In this document: one piece after another, positions 1 through 8,289 of the stretch
Position numbering within the stretch: the stretch's first letter is position 1
Layout of the letters: each line of letters starts with the position of its first letter
Assembly: GCA_022711435.1 (NCBI GenBank)
Contig: JAKLFB010000015.1
Coordinates: forward strand, 36,626 to 100,625
DNA from: Verrucomicrobiota bacterium
GTDB taxonomy: Bacteria; Verrucomicrobiota; Verrucomicrobiia; Limisphaerales; UBA1319
DNA length: 64,000 bases
Direction: 5' to 3'
Made by a program: the position numbers and the translations under genes
Notes under the pieces: model-generated
Seen by the model: only the letters and a program-made list of their open reading frames with translations
Told to the model about the DNA's origin: nothing
The model's database searches: none

Positions 1-1267
1 CCGTCCCGCCGCTCTGGTTGAAATATCCCGTGCCATACGCGCCCACCTGGAGATTGGCCCCGGACGTGTTGAAAACGCCGTTGGAGAGATCATAGATTCC
101 GACTTGATTCGCCCCGCCGCGCGCGTTGCCGCCGATCCGCCAGTCGCCCCCGGCATTGCGCAGGACGGTGCCGCCCGACTGGAAGACGGTTCCGGTCGAG
201 TGAGGGGCTTTGCCCACATACAGCGTATCGATATGGAGAAAGGCTGAGTCCAGGATCTCGAGTGTGCCCTGGCTCCCCTCGGTATCCGCCACATTGAAGT
301 CCCCGAGCGACTGCCAAACGGCGCTATCCTTGAGCGTGGCATGCCCTACACCAGCCGCGCCAACCGACGCGTAGCCGCCGTTGGTCATCGCGCCCGAGCC
401 GGCGATGACCAGCGCCCCAGTCGCGCCCGGTTGCATGCCCAGCAAAACGCGGCTGGCCGAGTAGATCCAGGAGGCATCGCGAATCGCAACCGTCGAAGAG
501 GAGCCGCTGCTTTCACTCAAGTTGAAGCCGATGCCGCCGGTGTTGACCAGCCTCGAAGCGCCCTCCAGCGTCAGGGTGGGGCTCTGTAAATTGCCGGCGA
601 TGTTCGCCCAGTATCCCAAGGCGGCGTTGTTGCAGAGCAGTGTCGAATCGTGGAGCGCGGCCCGAGACGCATGGCCCGCTGTTCCGTTCCCGCGCCCCAC
701 CGCCACCCAGGAGGATACGCGCACGATTGCGTTGGTCAGGATCAGAGCCGCAGGGCTCTCGGGCCTGTGCCCTATCCATAGCTCGCCCCCAACAAAATTC
801 GTTCGGAGGAGGCTGCCCTCGATGATGGTCAGGCCCCCTCCGAGGCCGAAGTTGCTGCTCGTCGCGAACATTGTTCCCGGCGCCACTGCCAGATGGCCCG
901 GCCCCAGCTTGGTCCACGTCGCGCTGCCGCGGACATACCCCGGGCCGTCCAAACGGTAGGCCTTCACCCGGTTGCTCACAGTCACGGACGCCGGCTCGAG
1001 CGCGTCGGCCAGCCGGATCGATCCGGATCCTGCCGCACCGTCGCTGAAAAGGACGGACGCGCCGTTCGTAAAGGCGGCAGGCACGGTTCCCGCCCGCCAG
1101 TTCAGCGAGCCCCCCAGATCCCAGCTGCTGCTGGCATTGCCGGTCCACTCGAGAATCGCCTCGGCATGAATGCCTCCCGCGCCGCACAGGGCCAACATGG
1201 CAAGCCCAATGCCCGGCCTCCAACCCGGCCAGGCCCGCATCACACCCCTTGCATCCCACATCTTCAT
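1..1267 (-). CDS. Secreted autotransporter-associated beta-strand (PATR-type) repeat protein, N-terminal part; the gene continues beyond the left window edge
   Basis: Absent from the ORF track because it runs off the window. My own reverse-complement translation from ATG 1267-1265 gives MKMWDARGVMRAWPGWRPGIGLAMLALCGAGGIHAEAILEWTGNASSSWD (signal-peptide-like). It is followed by a stop-free frame to base 1 with Gly/Asn/Thr-rich repeats such as GTLEILDSAFLHIDTLYVGK, GTVFQSGGTV and YFNQSGGT, typical of TIGR02601-type repeats. The listed minus ORF 513..1391 is a different frame. Confidence 0.7.
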   Translation of the reverse strand, partial: MKMWDARGVMRAWPGWRPGIGLAMLALCGAGGIHAEAILEWTGNASSSWDLGGSLNWRAGTVPAAFTNGASVLFSDGAAGSGSIRLADALEPASVTVSNRVKAYRLDGPGYVRGSATWTKLGPGHLAVAPGTMFATSSNFGLGGGLTIIEGSLLRTNFVGGELWIGHRPESPAALILTNAIVRVSSWVAVGRGNGTAGHASRAALHDSTLLCNNAALGYWANIAGNLQSPTLTLEGASRLVNTGGIGFNLSESSGSSSTVAIRDASWIYSASRVLLGMQPGATGALVIAGSGAMTNGGYASVGAAGVGHATLKDSAVWQSLGDFNVADTEGSQGTLEILDSAFLHIDTLYVGKAPHSTGTVFQSGGTVLRNAGGDWRIGGNARGGANQVGIYDLSNGVFNTSGANLQVGAYGTGYFNQSGGT

Positions 1268-1441
1268 CAACAACTCCCATCGCATTCTGTCGTGCCGCCA
1301 CCTCCATCCAATCCCTGAAAAGCCCCGCGACCACGCAGCCAATCATGGCCAGAATTGGATCGGACGACAACACCTTTGGCTCTTCCAGCATTCCAGCAAT
1401 GTTGGCGTGTCGTGCGGCGCATCTCCCTCATCCCCTGCCTC

Positions 1442-1471
1442 AATTGTCAAATATTTAGATGCGACCCCATT
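1442..1471. repeat. Solo copy (A) of a ~27-bp motif TGTCAAATATTTAGATGCGACCCCAT, also present at 41691..41719 (inverted) and 42361..42389
   Basis: Direct reading: 1445-1470 tgtcaaatatttagatgcgaccccat. It lies in the 281-bp divergent intergenic region between the PATR gene (start 1267, minus) and the five-module gene (start 1549, plus). Confidence 0.75.
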
Positions 1472-1548
1472 GTAATCCGATAGGTATTCCAGTTGACTTT
1501 CCCGAACCGATTCTTCATGTCATGATCTTGTCGGCAACAATTCATATC

Positions 1549-4500
1549 ATGAAAATTCGTTGTATCATCTTTGGGCTCGTGATGGTGCTGGATGCGGGGG
1601 CGGCTCAAGCCGCCAATCGCGGCGCCCTGAGCAATGTCGCCGAGGCGGCCAGCTACTCGTTGGTCTATTCGCTCGATATCCCCAACACGCCCAGCTACCC
1701 CTCGGCTGTCCTGTACGACATCGACCTGCACGCGTACTACCCGAATTTCACGCGCGTCGCGTATTACCTTGAGCTCCAATCCCCGGGCAGCCCCCTGAGC
1801 TATATCTGGGTTTCGTTCGACGCGCCCACGGCTGACCTGAACCGGATTGGCGTGCCCACGGCCTTCAGCGGCGCCGTCTTTCAGCAGCCGGTCGCCAACA
1901 TGAATGTGTTCTCGAGCGTGGACAGCATCGTCGAAGGCGTCCAGCTGCAGGGAGGCAATATCGAGTTCTGGCCGAACAATTACTCCGCGCCCAACGCGGT
2001 GAGCGTGCCCAATGCCAGCGACGCCAACAATGACTGGGGCGACACGCGGTCGACCAGCGGGACGTACGGCAGCATGCAGATCCACAACAGCGAGGCGAGC
2101 CAGGTGCTGCTGGCCTTCAACCGCTGGGGCGGCACCGGCGGCACGGCGGACGTCGGCATTGGCAATCGCCCCGGCAGTCCGAATGCAGATTGGACCTCCG
2201 CCCAGAATGCCGCCGGCTACACCGTCAAGACCCTCCAGGTCTTCGTCCTGTCGACGGACAACAATCCCCCGGCCCTGGCCGGCGCCGCCCATGCGGATGG
2301 CTGGACCAACATCATCCTCACCTTCAGCAAGGCCCTGGACGACAGCGCGGCCGACGCGGCCCATTACTCTCTGGATGGGGGCGTCGATGTCCTGAGCGCG
2401 ACGCTGGATCCCGTTTCCAAGCTCGTGGTCACATTGACGACCTCGCCCCAACAACCCTCGACGGCGTATACCGTGACCGTTAACGACCTGCGCGACCGGA
2501 CGCCCGCCCATCTGCCGCTCCCGGCCAACTCGACTGCGACTTTCATCTCCACGCCCGCCGGGCGCGGCACGTTCGCCAACGTGCCGGAGGCAAGCGACTA
2601 CGCGCTGGTATACTCTCTGGACATCCCTGATTCGGCGAATTACGCGGCGGGCGTCAGCTACGGTCTGGACCTGCGGGCCTACCACCCGAGTTTCAGCCGG
2701 GTGGGCTATTACCTCGAGCTTCAGAAACCGGGCGGGCCGTTGAGCTTCATCTGGGTTTCGATGGATCCAGTCACCAGCGATGTCAACCAGATCGGCGTGC
2801 CCACCGTCTCCAGCGGCGCCGTGTTCCAGCAGCCAGTCGCCAACATGAACGTCCTGTCGAGCGTCGCCGGCATCGTCCAAGGCACGAATCTGCAAGGGGG
2901 CAACATCGAGTTCTGGCCTTACAACTACAGCGCGCCCAATGCTCTCGGCGTGCCCAATGCCAGCGCCTCGCTCTTGGACTGGGGCGATACCATGTCCACC
3001 TCGGGCAACCACGGCTCCATGCAGCTTCACAATGCGGAGGCCGGCCAGGTGCTGTTCGCCTTCAGCCGCTGGGGCGGCTCGAGCGGCGTTGTGGGCCTGG
3101 GGATCGGCAGCCAGCCCGCCGGCCACCCGGACTGGACCTTCGCGGCCAATGCCGCCAGCTACGCGGTCAAGACGCTCCAGGTATTCGCGCTGCCGGCCGG
3201 CCCCGCCCAGCCGCCCGAACTGGCCAGCGCGGTCGGCCAGGGCGGCTGGACCAATGTGGTCCTGACCTTCAGCAAAGCCTTGGAAGACGATGCCACCAAT
3301 ACCGTCCATTATGAATTGGGCGGGGGCCTGAGCGTGCTCGGGGCCGCCCTGGATCCTGTGACCAAACTCGTGGTGACCCTGACCACGACGCCCCAGCAGC
3401 CCGGCGCCACCTATGCAGTGACCGTGAACGGCCTGCGCGACCGCACCAGCGCCCACACCCCCATCGCGCCCAACACCACGGCGACGTTCCAATCCTCGCC
3501 GGGGCCGGGCGCGCTCAACAATGTGGCGGAAGCGAACAATTACGCCCTGGTGTATTCGCTCACGATTCCGAACAATCCGAACTACTCCTCGAGCATCACC
3601 TATGACCTGGACCGGCGCGGCGACTTCCCGGCTTTCTCCCGGGTGGCGTATTACATGGAGCTGCAGAAACCGGGCGGGCCGCTGCAGTACGTCTGGGTCT
3701 CGATGGATCCGTTCGTGTACGACGTCAACCTGATTGGCGTGCCGACGGCGCCCAGCGGCGCCATCTTTCAGCAGCCGGTGGCCAACATGAATGTGTTCTC
3801 GAGCGTGCCCGGCATCGTCCAGGGGACCAACCTGCAAGGGGGGAACATGGAGTTCTGGGGGAGCAATTACAGCGCCCCGAACGCTGCCGGCGTGCCCAAT
3901 GCCAGCGATTCCCTGTACGACTGGGGCGACAGCATCACGTCCTCGGGCAACTACGGCTCGATGCAGATCCACAACGCCGAGGCACGCCAGGTCGTGTTCG
4001 CCTTCAACCGGTGGGGCGGCAATGGCAGCCCCGTGGATGTCGGCATCGGCAACCAGCCCTCCGGCAATCCCGACTGGACCTTCTCCTACAACGCGGCGAA
4101 CTACACCGTGAAAAACCTCCAGGTCTGGGTCATGCCCGATGGCGATCCGCCCCCGGTGCTGACGGACGTGGCCAGCCAGGCCGGATGGACCAACGTGGTC
4201 CTGACGTTCAACCAGCCCGTCGACGACAGCGCCACCAACGTCGACTTCTACTCGTTCTCCGGCGGCCTCACGGTCCTCAGCGCCGCGCCCGATCCCGTCA
4301 CCAAGCTCAGCGTCACCCTCACCACCGCCCCGCAGCAGCCCGCCACGCTCTACACCCTGACGATCAACGGCGTGCGCAACCGCACAGCCCGTCATACGCC
4401 CTTGGCCGCGACCACAATCACGTTCATGTCCGCCGTGGCGGAGCGAGGCGCATACCACAATGTGCCGGAAGCCGCCGACTACGCCCTGGTGTACGCCCTC

Positions 4501-6255
4501 GACATTCCCGCCGCGGCCAACTATGCCGCCGGCGTCGGCTACGGGGTCGATCTGCGGGCGCACTACCCGAACTTCAGCCGCGTGGCCTATTACCTCGAGC
4601 TGCGGAAGCCGGGCGGGCCGCTGCACTTCATGTGGGTCTCGATGGATCCGCTGACGGCGGATGTGAACCAGATCGGCGTGCCGACGCTTCCCAGCGGCGC
4701 CGTTTTCCAGCAGCCGGTCGCCAACATGAACGTGCTCTCCAGCGCGTCCGGCATCGTCAATGGCGCCCATCTGCAGGGGGGCAACATCGAGTTCTGGCCT
4801 TACGACTACAGCGCCCCCAACACGCTCGCTGTGCCCGGCGCCAGTGATTCTCTGTACGACTGGGGCGACACGATGTCGGGCACGGGCACCCATGGCTCGA
4901 TGCAGATCCACAACGCCGAGGCGGGCCAGGTGCTGTTCGCCTTCAACAACTGGGGCGGCTCCGGCGGCACGGTGGCGTTGGGCATCGGCAACCAGCCCGC
5001 AGGCAATCCCGACTGGACCTTCGCCGCCAATGCCGGCAGCTACGACGTGAGGGCCCTGGAGGTTTATGTGCTGCCTGCAGGCGGCGCCAACAATCCGCCG
5101 GTCCTGGCCGGTGCGACAGGCGTCATCGGCGGCACGAACCTGGTTCTTACGTTCAGCAAAGCGCTGGACGATAGCGCCGCCGACCCGGCTCACTTCGCCC
5201 TCAGCGGGGGCGTGAGCGTGCTCGACGCGGTGCTGGATCCCATCAACAAGCTGGCAGTCACGCTGACGACTTCCCCGCAGCAGCCCGCCACGAGCTATAC
5301 CGTGACGGTGAACGATGTGCGCGACCGCACCGCCAGTCACCTGCCGATCGCCCCCAATTCCAGCATCGAGTTTGTTTCCGCGCGCGGCCGCGGCGCGATC
5401 CTCAACGTGGCCGAAGCGTCGGACTATGCGCTGGTGTACTCGATCGAGATTCCGACGGCGGCGAACTACGCGGCCGGCATCGCGTACGGCGTGGATCTGC
5501 GGAGCTACTTCACCAACTTCAACCGGATCGCCTACTACATCGAGCTCGCGACGGCGGGCGGGCCCTTGGAGTACCTCTGGGCTTCGCTCGATCCGTTCAC
5601 CAGCAACATCAACCAGATCGGCGTGCCGACGCTGGGCAGCTACGCCTTCTTCCAGCAGCCGGTCGCCAACCTGAATGTGTTCTCGAGTGCGGCCAGCGTC
5701 ACCCCGGGCACCAGCCTGCAGGGCGGCAACATCGAGTTCTGGCCCGGCAATTACAGCGCCCCCAACGCGGTGAGCGTTCCCAATGCCAGCGAAACGCTCT
5801 ACGACTGGGGCGACACGGCCACCACGGGCTATCACGGTTCGATGCAGCTCCATAATGCCGAGGCCAGCCAGGTGCTGTTTGCCTTCAACAACTGGGGCGG
5901 CGCCGGCGGCACGGTGGCGCTGGGCATCGGCAATCAGCCCTCCGGCAATCCCGACTGGACCTTCGCGGCCAATGCCGCGAGTTACACCATCAAGACCCTC
6001 CAGGTCTATGTGCGGCCCGTGGAAACCACTCAGCTGCCCTTCCATATCGTCCCAGGCAGGTATGCCGGCGCCGGCCCGTTCTCGTTCAGTTGGGACGCCA
6101 AGCCCGGATTCACTTATCTCGTGCTCCGGAAAGAGAGCCTGGATGCCTCGCCGTGGATCCAGGTGGGCCAGGTGACCGCCACCGGCCTCACGGCCACGTT
6201 CACCGACACACAGGCCTTGAGCGGAACCGGTTTCTACTGCGTCCGCCTGCCCTAA
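1549..6255 (+). CDS. Giant secreted protein: five tandem copies of an unassigned ~210-aa beta-rich module (YYLELQ / NIEFWP / DWGD / GSMQxHN motifs), four interleaved Ig-like (SbsA/Big_5-type) domains, and a C-terminal ~75-aa GFYxV domain
   Basis: ORF 1459..6255. I place the start at ATG 1549 because MKIRCIIFGLVMVLDAGAAQA is signal-peptide-like. The anchor NV(A/P)EAxxYALVYSLxIP recurs at 1633, 2578, 3520, 4459 and 5404. The Ig-like spacer has the form WTNxxLTFSKALDDSAxxxxHYxLxGGxxVLxAxLDPxxKLxVTLTTxPQQPxxxYTVTVNxxRDRT. Confidence 0.85.
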   Translation: MKIRCIIFGLVMVLDAGAAQAANRGALSNVAEAASYSLVYSLDIPNTPSYPSAVLYDIDLHAYYPNFTRVAYYLELQSPGSPLSYIWVSFDAPTADLNRIGVPTAFSGAVFQQPVANMNVFSSVDSIVEGVQLQGGNIEFWPNNYSAPNAVSVPNASDANNDWGDTRSTSGTYGSMQIHNSEASQVLLAFNRWGGTGGTADVGIGNRPGSPNADWTSAQNAAGYTVKTLQVFVLSTDNNPPALAGAAHADGWTNIILTFSKALDDSAADAAHYSLDGGVDVLSATLDPVSKLVVTLTTSPQQPSTAYTVTVNDLRDRTPAHLPLPANSTATFISTPAGRGTFANVPEASDYALVYSLDIPDSANYAAGVSYGLDLRAYHPSFSRVGYYLELQKPGGPLSFIWVSMDPVTSDVNQIGVPTVSSGAVFQQPVANMNVLSSVAGIVQGTNLQGGNIEFWPYNYSAPNALGVPNASASLLDWGDTMSTSGNHGSMQLHNAEAGQVLFAFSRWGGSSGVVGLGIGSQPAGHPDWTFAANAASYAVKTLQVFALPAGPAQPPELASAVGQGGWTNVVLTFSKALEDDATNTVHYELGGGLSVLGAALDPVTKLVVTLTTTPQQPGATYAVTVNGLRDRTSAHTPIAPNTTATFQSSPGPGALNNVAEANNYALVYSLTIPNNPNYSSSITYDLDRRGDFPAFSRVAYYMELQKPGGPLQYVWVSMDPFVYDVNLIGVPTAPSGAIFQQPVANMNVFSSVPGIVQGTNLQGGNMEFWGSNYSAPNAAGVPNASDSLYDWGDSITSSGNYGSMQIHNAEARQVVFAFNRWGGNGSPVDVGIGNQPSGNPDWTFSYNAANYTVKNLQVWVMPDGDPPPVLTDVASQAGWTNVVLTFNQPVDDSATNVDFYSFSGGLTVLSAAPDPVTKLSVTLTTAPQQPATLYTLTINGVRNRTARHTPLAATTITFMSAVAERGAYHNVPEAADYALVYALDIPAAANYAAGVGYGVDLRAHYPNFSRVAYYLELRKPGGPLHFMWVSMDPLTADVNQIGVPTLPSGAVFQQPVANMNVLSSASGIVNGAHLQGGNIEFWPYDYSAPNTLAVPGASDSLYDWGDTMSGTGTHGSMQIHNAEAGQVLFAFNNWGGSGGTVALGIGNQPAGNPDWTFAANAGSYDVRALEVYVLPAGGANNPPVLAGATGVIGGTNLVLTFSKALDDSAADPAHFALSGGVSVLDAVLDPINKLAVTLTTSPQQPATSYTVTVNDVRDRTASHLPIAPNSSIEFVSARGRGAILNVAEASDYALVYSIEIPTAANYAAGIAYGVDLRSYFTNFNRIAYYIELATAGGPLEYLWASLDPFTSNINQIGVPTLGSYAFFQQPVANLNVFSSAASVTPGTSLQGGNIEFWPGNYSAPNAVSVPNASETLYDWGDTATTGYHGSMQLHNAEASQVLFAFNNWGGAGGTVALGIGNQPSGNPDWTFAANAASYTIKTLQVYVRPVETTQLPFHIVPGRYAGAGPFSFSWDAKPGFTYLVLRKESLDASPWIQVGQVTATGLTATFTDTQALSGTGFYCVRLP
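1633..6020 (+). repeat. Coding tandem repeat, 5 units with periods 945/942/939/945 bp (about 314 aa each)
   Basis: Anchor codons aat/aac-gtg-gcc/ccg-gag/gaa-gc occur at 1633, 2578, 3520, 4459 and 5404. The units are diverged, with many third-position differences by eye (for example unit 2 versus unit 4), so they are not recent duplications and not CRISPR. Confidence 0.9.
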
Positions 6256-6260
6256 TCTGG

Positions 6261-8150
6261 ATGAGCAGATCACCACGGGACTTTCGAGGCGGCTCGAGGG
6301 GATTCTTCGGGCTTCTCTTGTGGGCGGCCGGCTGGATGCTCGCCAGCGTCCAGCCGGCAATGGCCGCCCCGCCCATCCGCATCCTGCCGCTGGGCGATTC
6401 CATCACATACGGCAGTTCGTCGCCGGGCGGCTACCGTCTGCCGCTCTACTATTTGCTCACCCGCGCCGGCTTTCATGTCGATTTCGTAGGCACCATGAAA
6501 GACAACAGCGCTCCCACCCTGCTGGATCCGGATCATGAGGGCCACTCGGGCTGGCGCATTGACCAGATCGACGCGGTCATCGAGAGCGTATTTGCCCAGA
6601 TCGCGGATCCGGATGTCATTCTGCTGCTGATCGGCACCAACGATTACGGCCAGAACAACGATACCGCCCACGCCACGAACCGCCTGGACGCCCTGGTGAC
6701 CCGCATGGCCACCCACCGTCCCTACGCCAAAATCATCGTCGCCAACCTGCTCGAGCGCGGCGAGCCCCACAACACTCGGATTCAAACCACGTTTAATCCC
6801 TTCCTGCCCGGCCTGGTGGATCGTCAGCGGGCGCTCGGACGCGAGGTGTATTTCGATGATCTGCGAAGCGCGGTGCCCCTGGCGGACATGCCGGACCAGC
6901 TGCATCCGAACCAGCTCGGCTACCAGAAGATGGCGACGAACTGGTTCCAGATGATTACCCGGCACTTCACCCCCGAGGGCAGCACCAACCCGCCGGCCAT
7001 CGCGCGCATCCATCCCTCCGCCAGCCTGACGAACGTCGCGGTGGTATTCAGCAAACCGGTGGCCGATGACGCGGCTGCTGCTGACCATTTCACGCTCGAC
7101 GGCGGAGTGGCGGTCCTGGGCGCTTCCCTCGATGCGGCCACCCAGCGCATCGTGACGCTTCACACCACCCCCCAGCAACCGTTCACCCTTCATACCCTGA
7201 CGGTCAACGGCGTGTGCGATCGCACGGCCAATCGGCTGGCGATCGCTCCCGACTCGAGAGCCACGTTTCAATCCATGGCCGGACGGGGCGCTCCCAACAA
7301 TGTGCCCGAGGCGGTCGATTACGCGCTGCTGTATTCGCTCGATATTCCCACTCAACCCAGCTACGCCACCAACGTCGCCTATGACGCCGACCGGCGCGCC
7401 GACATCGCCGGCTTTTCCCGGGTGGCCTACTACCTCGAACTCCAGAAGCCAGGAGCGCCGATGCATTTCATCTGGATATCCTGCGATCCCTTCACGACCA
7501 ACGTGGACTGGCTGGGCGTGCCCACCGCCTCCAGCGGCGCGTTCTTCCAGATGCCCATCACCAACATGAACGTCCTTTCCAGCCTCCCGAGCATCGTGGG
7601 CGGCACCAACCTGACGGGCGGCAACCTCGAGTTCTGGCCCGGCAACTCGAGCCCGGCCAACCTCGCCGCGGTGCCCAACGCCAGCAGCACCGCGTATGAT
7701 TGGGGGGATGGCGCCATCTCGGGCAATTATGGCTGCATGCAGGTCCACAACCATGACGCTCGGCAAGTCCTGTTTGCCTTCAATGGCTGGGGCGGCGCGG
7801 GCGGGCCGGCCGACCTCGGGATCGGGAACAACGCGGGAGCCTATGCGGATTGGACCACCTCGCGCAATGCCGCCAGCTTTGTCATCAAAACCCTCCAGGT
7901 CTATGTGCTGCCCTCCTCGCCGCCAGCGCTGCCGCCGCAATTGACCGTCAACCCCGTCGTTGCCAATGGCCTGTTGACCATCCGCTGGGAGACGCAATCC
8001 GAGACCACCTACTCCGTCCTGGCCAAATCGGCCCTGGATGACACGCCCTGGACCAAACTGTTCGGGGTAACCGTTCCGACGAATACCGCCGTCTCGATCG
8101 ATCTCCCCGCCACCCATCCCGCCGGGTTCTATCGTATCAGCACTCCGTAG
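6261..8150 (+). CDS. Secreted SGNH/GDSL-family esterase fused to an Ig-like domain, one copy of the YYLELQ module and the C-terminal GFYRI domain
   Basis: ORF 6090..8150. ATG 6261 lies 5 nt after the upstream TAA and gives MSRSPRDFRGGSRGFFGLLLWAAGWMLASVQPAMA. SGNH blocks: ILPLGDSITYG (I), GHSGW (II), LLLIGTNDY (III), DQLHPN (V). These are followed by NVPEAVDYALLYSLDIP...YYLELQKPG...NLEFWPGN...YDWGD...YGCMQVHN, and the protein ends AGFYRISTP. Confidence 0.85.
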   Translation: MSRSPRDFRGGSRGFFGLLLWAAGWMLASVQPAMAAPPIRILPLGDSITYGSSSPGGYRLPLYYLLTRAGFHVDFVGTMKDNSAPTLLDPDHEGHSGWRIDQIDAVIESVFAQIADPDVILLLIGTNDYGQNNDTAHATNRLDALVTRMATHRPYAKIIVANLLERGEPHNTRIQTTFNPFLPGLVDRQRALGREVYFDDLRSAVPLADMPDQLHPNQLGYQKMATNWFQMITRHFTPEGSTNPPAIARIHPSASLTNVAVVFSKPVADDAAAADHFTLDGGVAVLGASLDAATQRIVTLHTTPQQPFTLHTLTVNGVCDRTANRLAIAPDSRATFQSMAGRGAPNNVPEAVDYALLYSLDIPTQPSYATNVAYDADRRADIAGFSRVAYYLELQKPGAPMHFIWISCDPFTTNVDWLGVPTASSGAFFQMPITNMNVLSSLPSIVGGTNLTGGNLEFWPGNSSPANLAAVPNASSTAYDWGDGAISGNYGCMQVHNHDARQVLFAFNGWGGAGGPADLGIGNNAGAYADWTTSRNAASFVIKTLQVYVLPSSPPALPPQLTVNPVVANGLLTIRWETQSETTYSVLAKSALDDTPWTKLFGVTVPTNTAVSIDLPATHPAGFYRISTP

Positions 8151-8289
8151 ATCCTGCCCATCTCCTCCGGTGTCCAACCGGGCCCGGCCTATTTCGCTCG
8201 CGCTCCGGAGCGGGTCGTGATACAAAGCCCCTCATTCGCCATCCGGGATCCGGGCGGGAGCCGGGCTTTTTCCTGGAACGGCGGTTGCG

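Noticed and set aside
513-1391. 292-aa minus ORF at the left end
   Set aside because: It is in a different frame from the stop-free PATR-repeat reading frame that starts at 1267 and has a signal peptide. The listed ORF has no recognisable features.
1442-1471. Reading the 27-bp motif as a sigma-70 promoter (it contains TTGTCA, or TTGACA on the other strand)
   Set aside because: In none of the three copies is there a plausible -10 hexamer 16-19 nt from the hexamer. Copy B would fire antisense into the 3' end of cysA.
1633-6020. Regular ~940-bp periodicity considered as a possible CRISPR-like or satellite array, or a DGR target
   Set aside because: The period is far too long for CRISPR and the repeats lie entirely inside one ORF, encoding protein modules. 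No reverse transcriptase or template repeat is present in the window.
1447-6360. 1,637-aa minus-strand ORF covering the whole five-module gene
   Set aside because: It is antisense to a frame with a signal peptide, clear domain periodicity and conserved motifs. Its own translation is Arg/Gly/Ala/Pro-rich low-complexity sequence. This is a typical stop-poor shadow frame in GC-rich DNA.
8200-8275. Palindrome CGCTCCGGAGCG and GC-stem plus TTTTT (gagccgggcttttt) between the esterase gene and natA
   Set aside because: The stems are 4-6 bp only and the pairing is ambiguous. I could not support a terminator or operator call.
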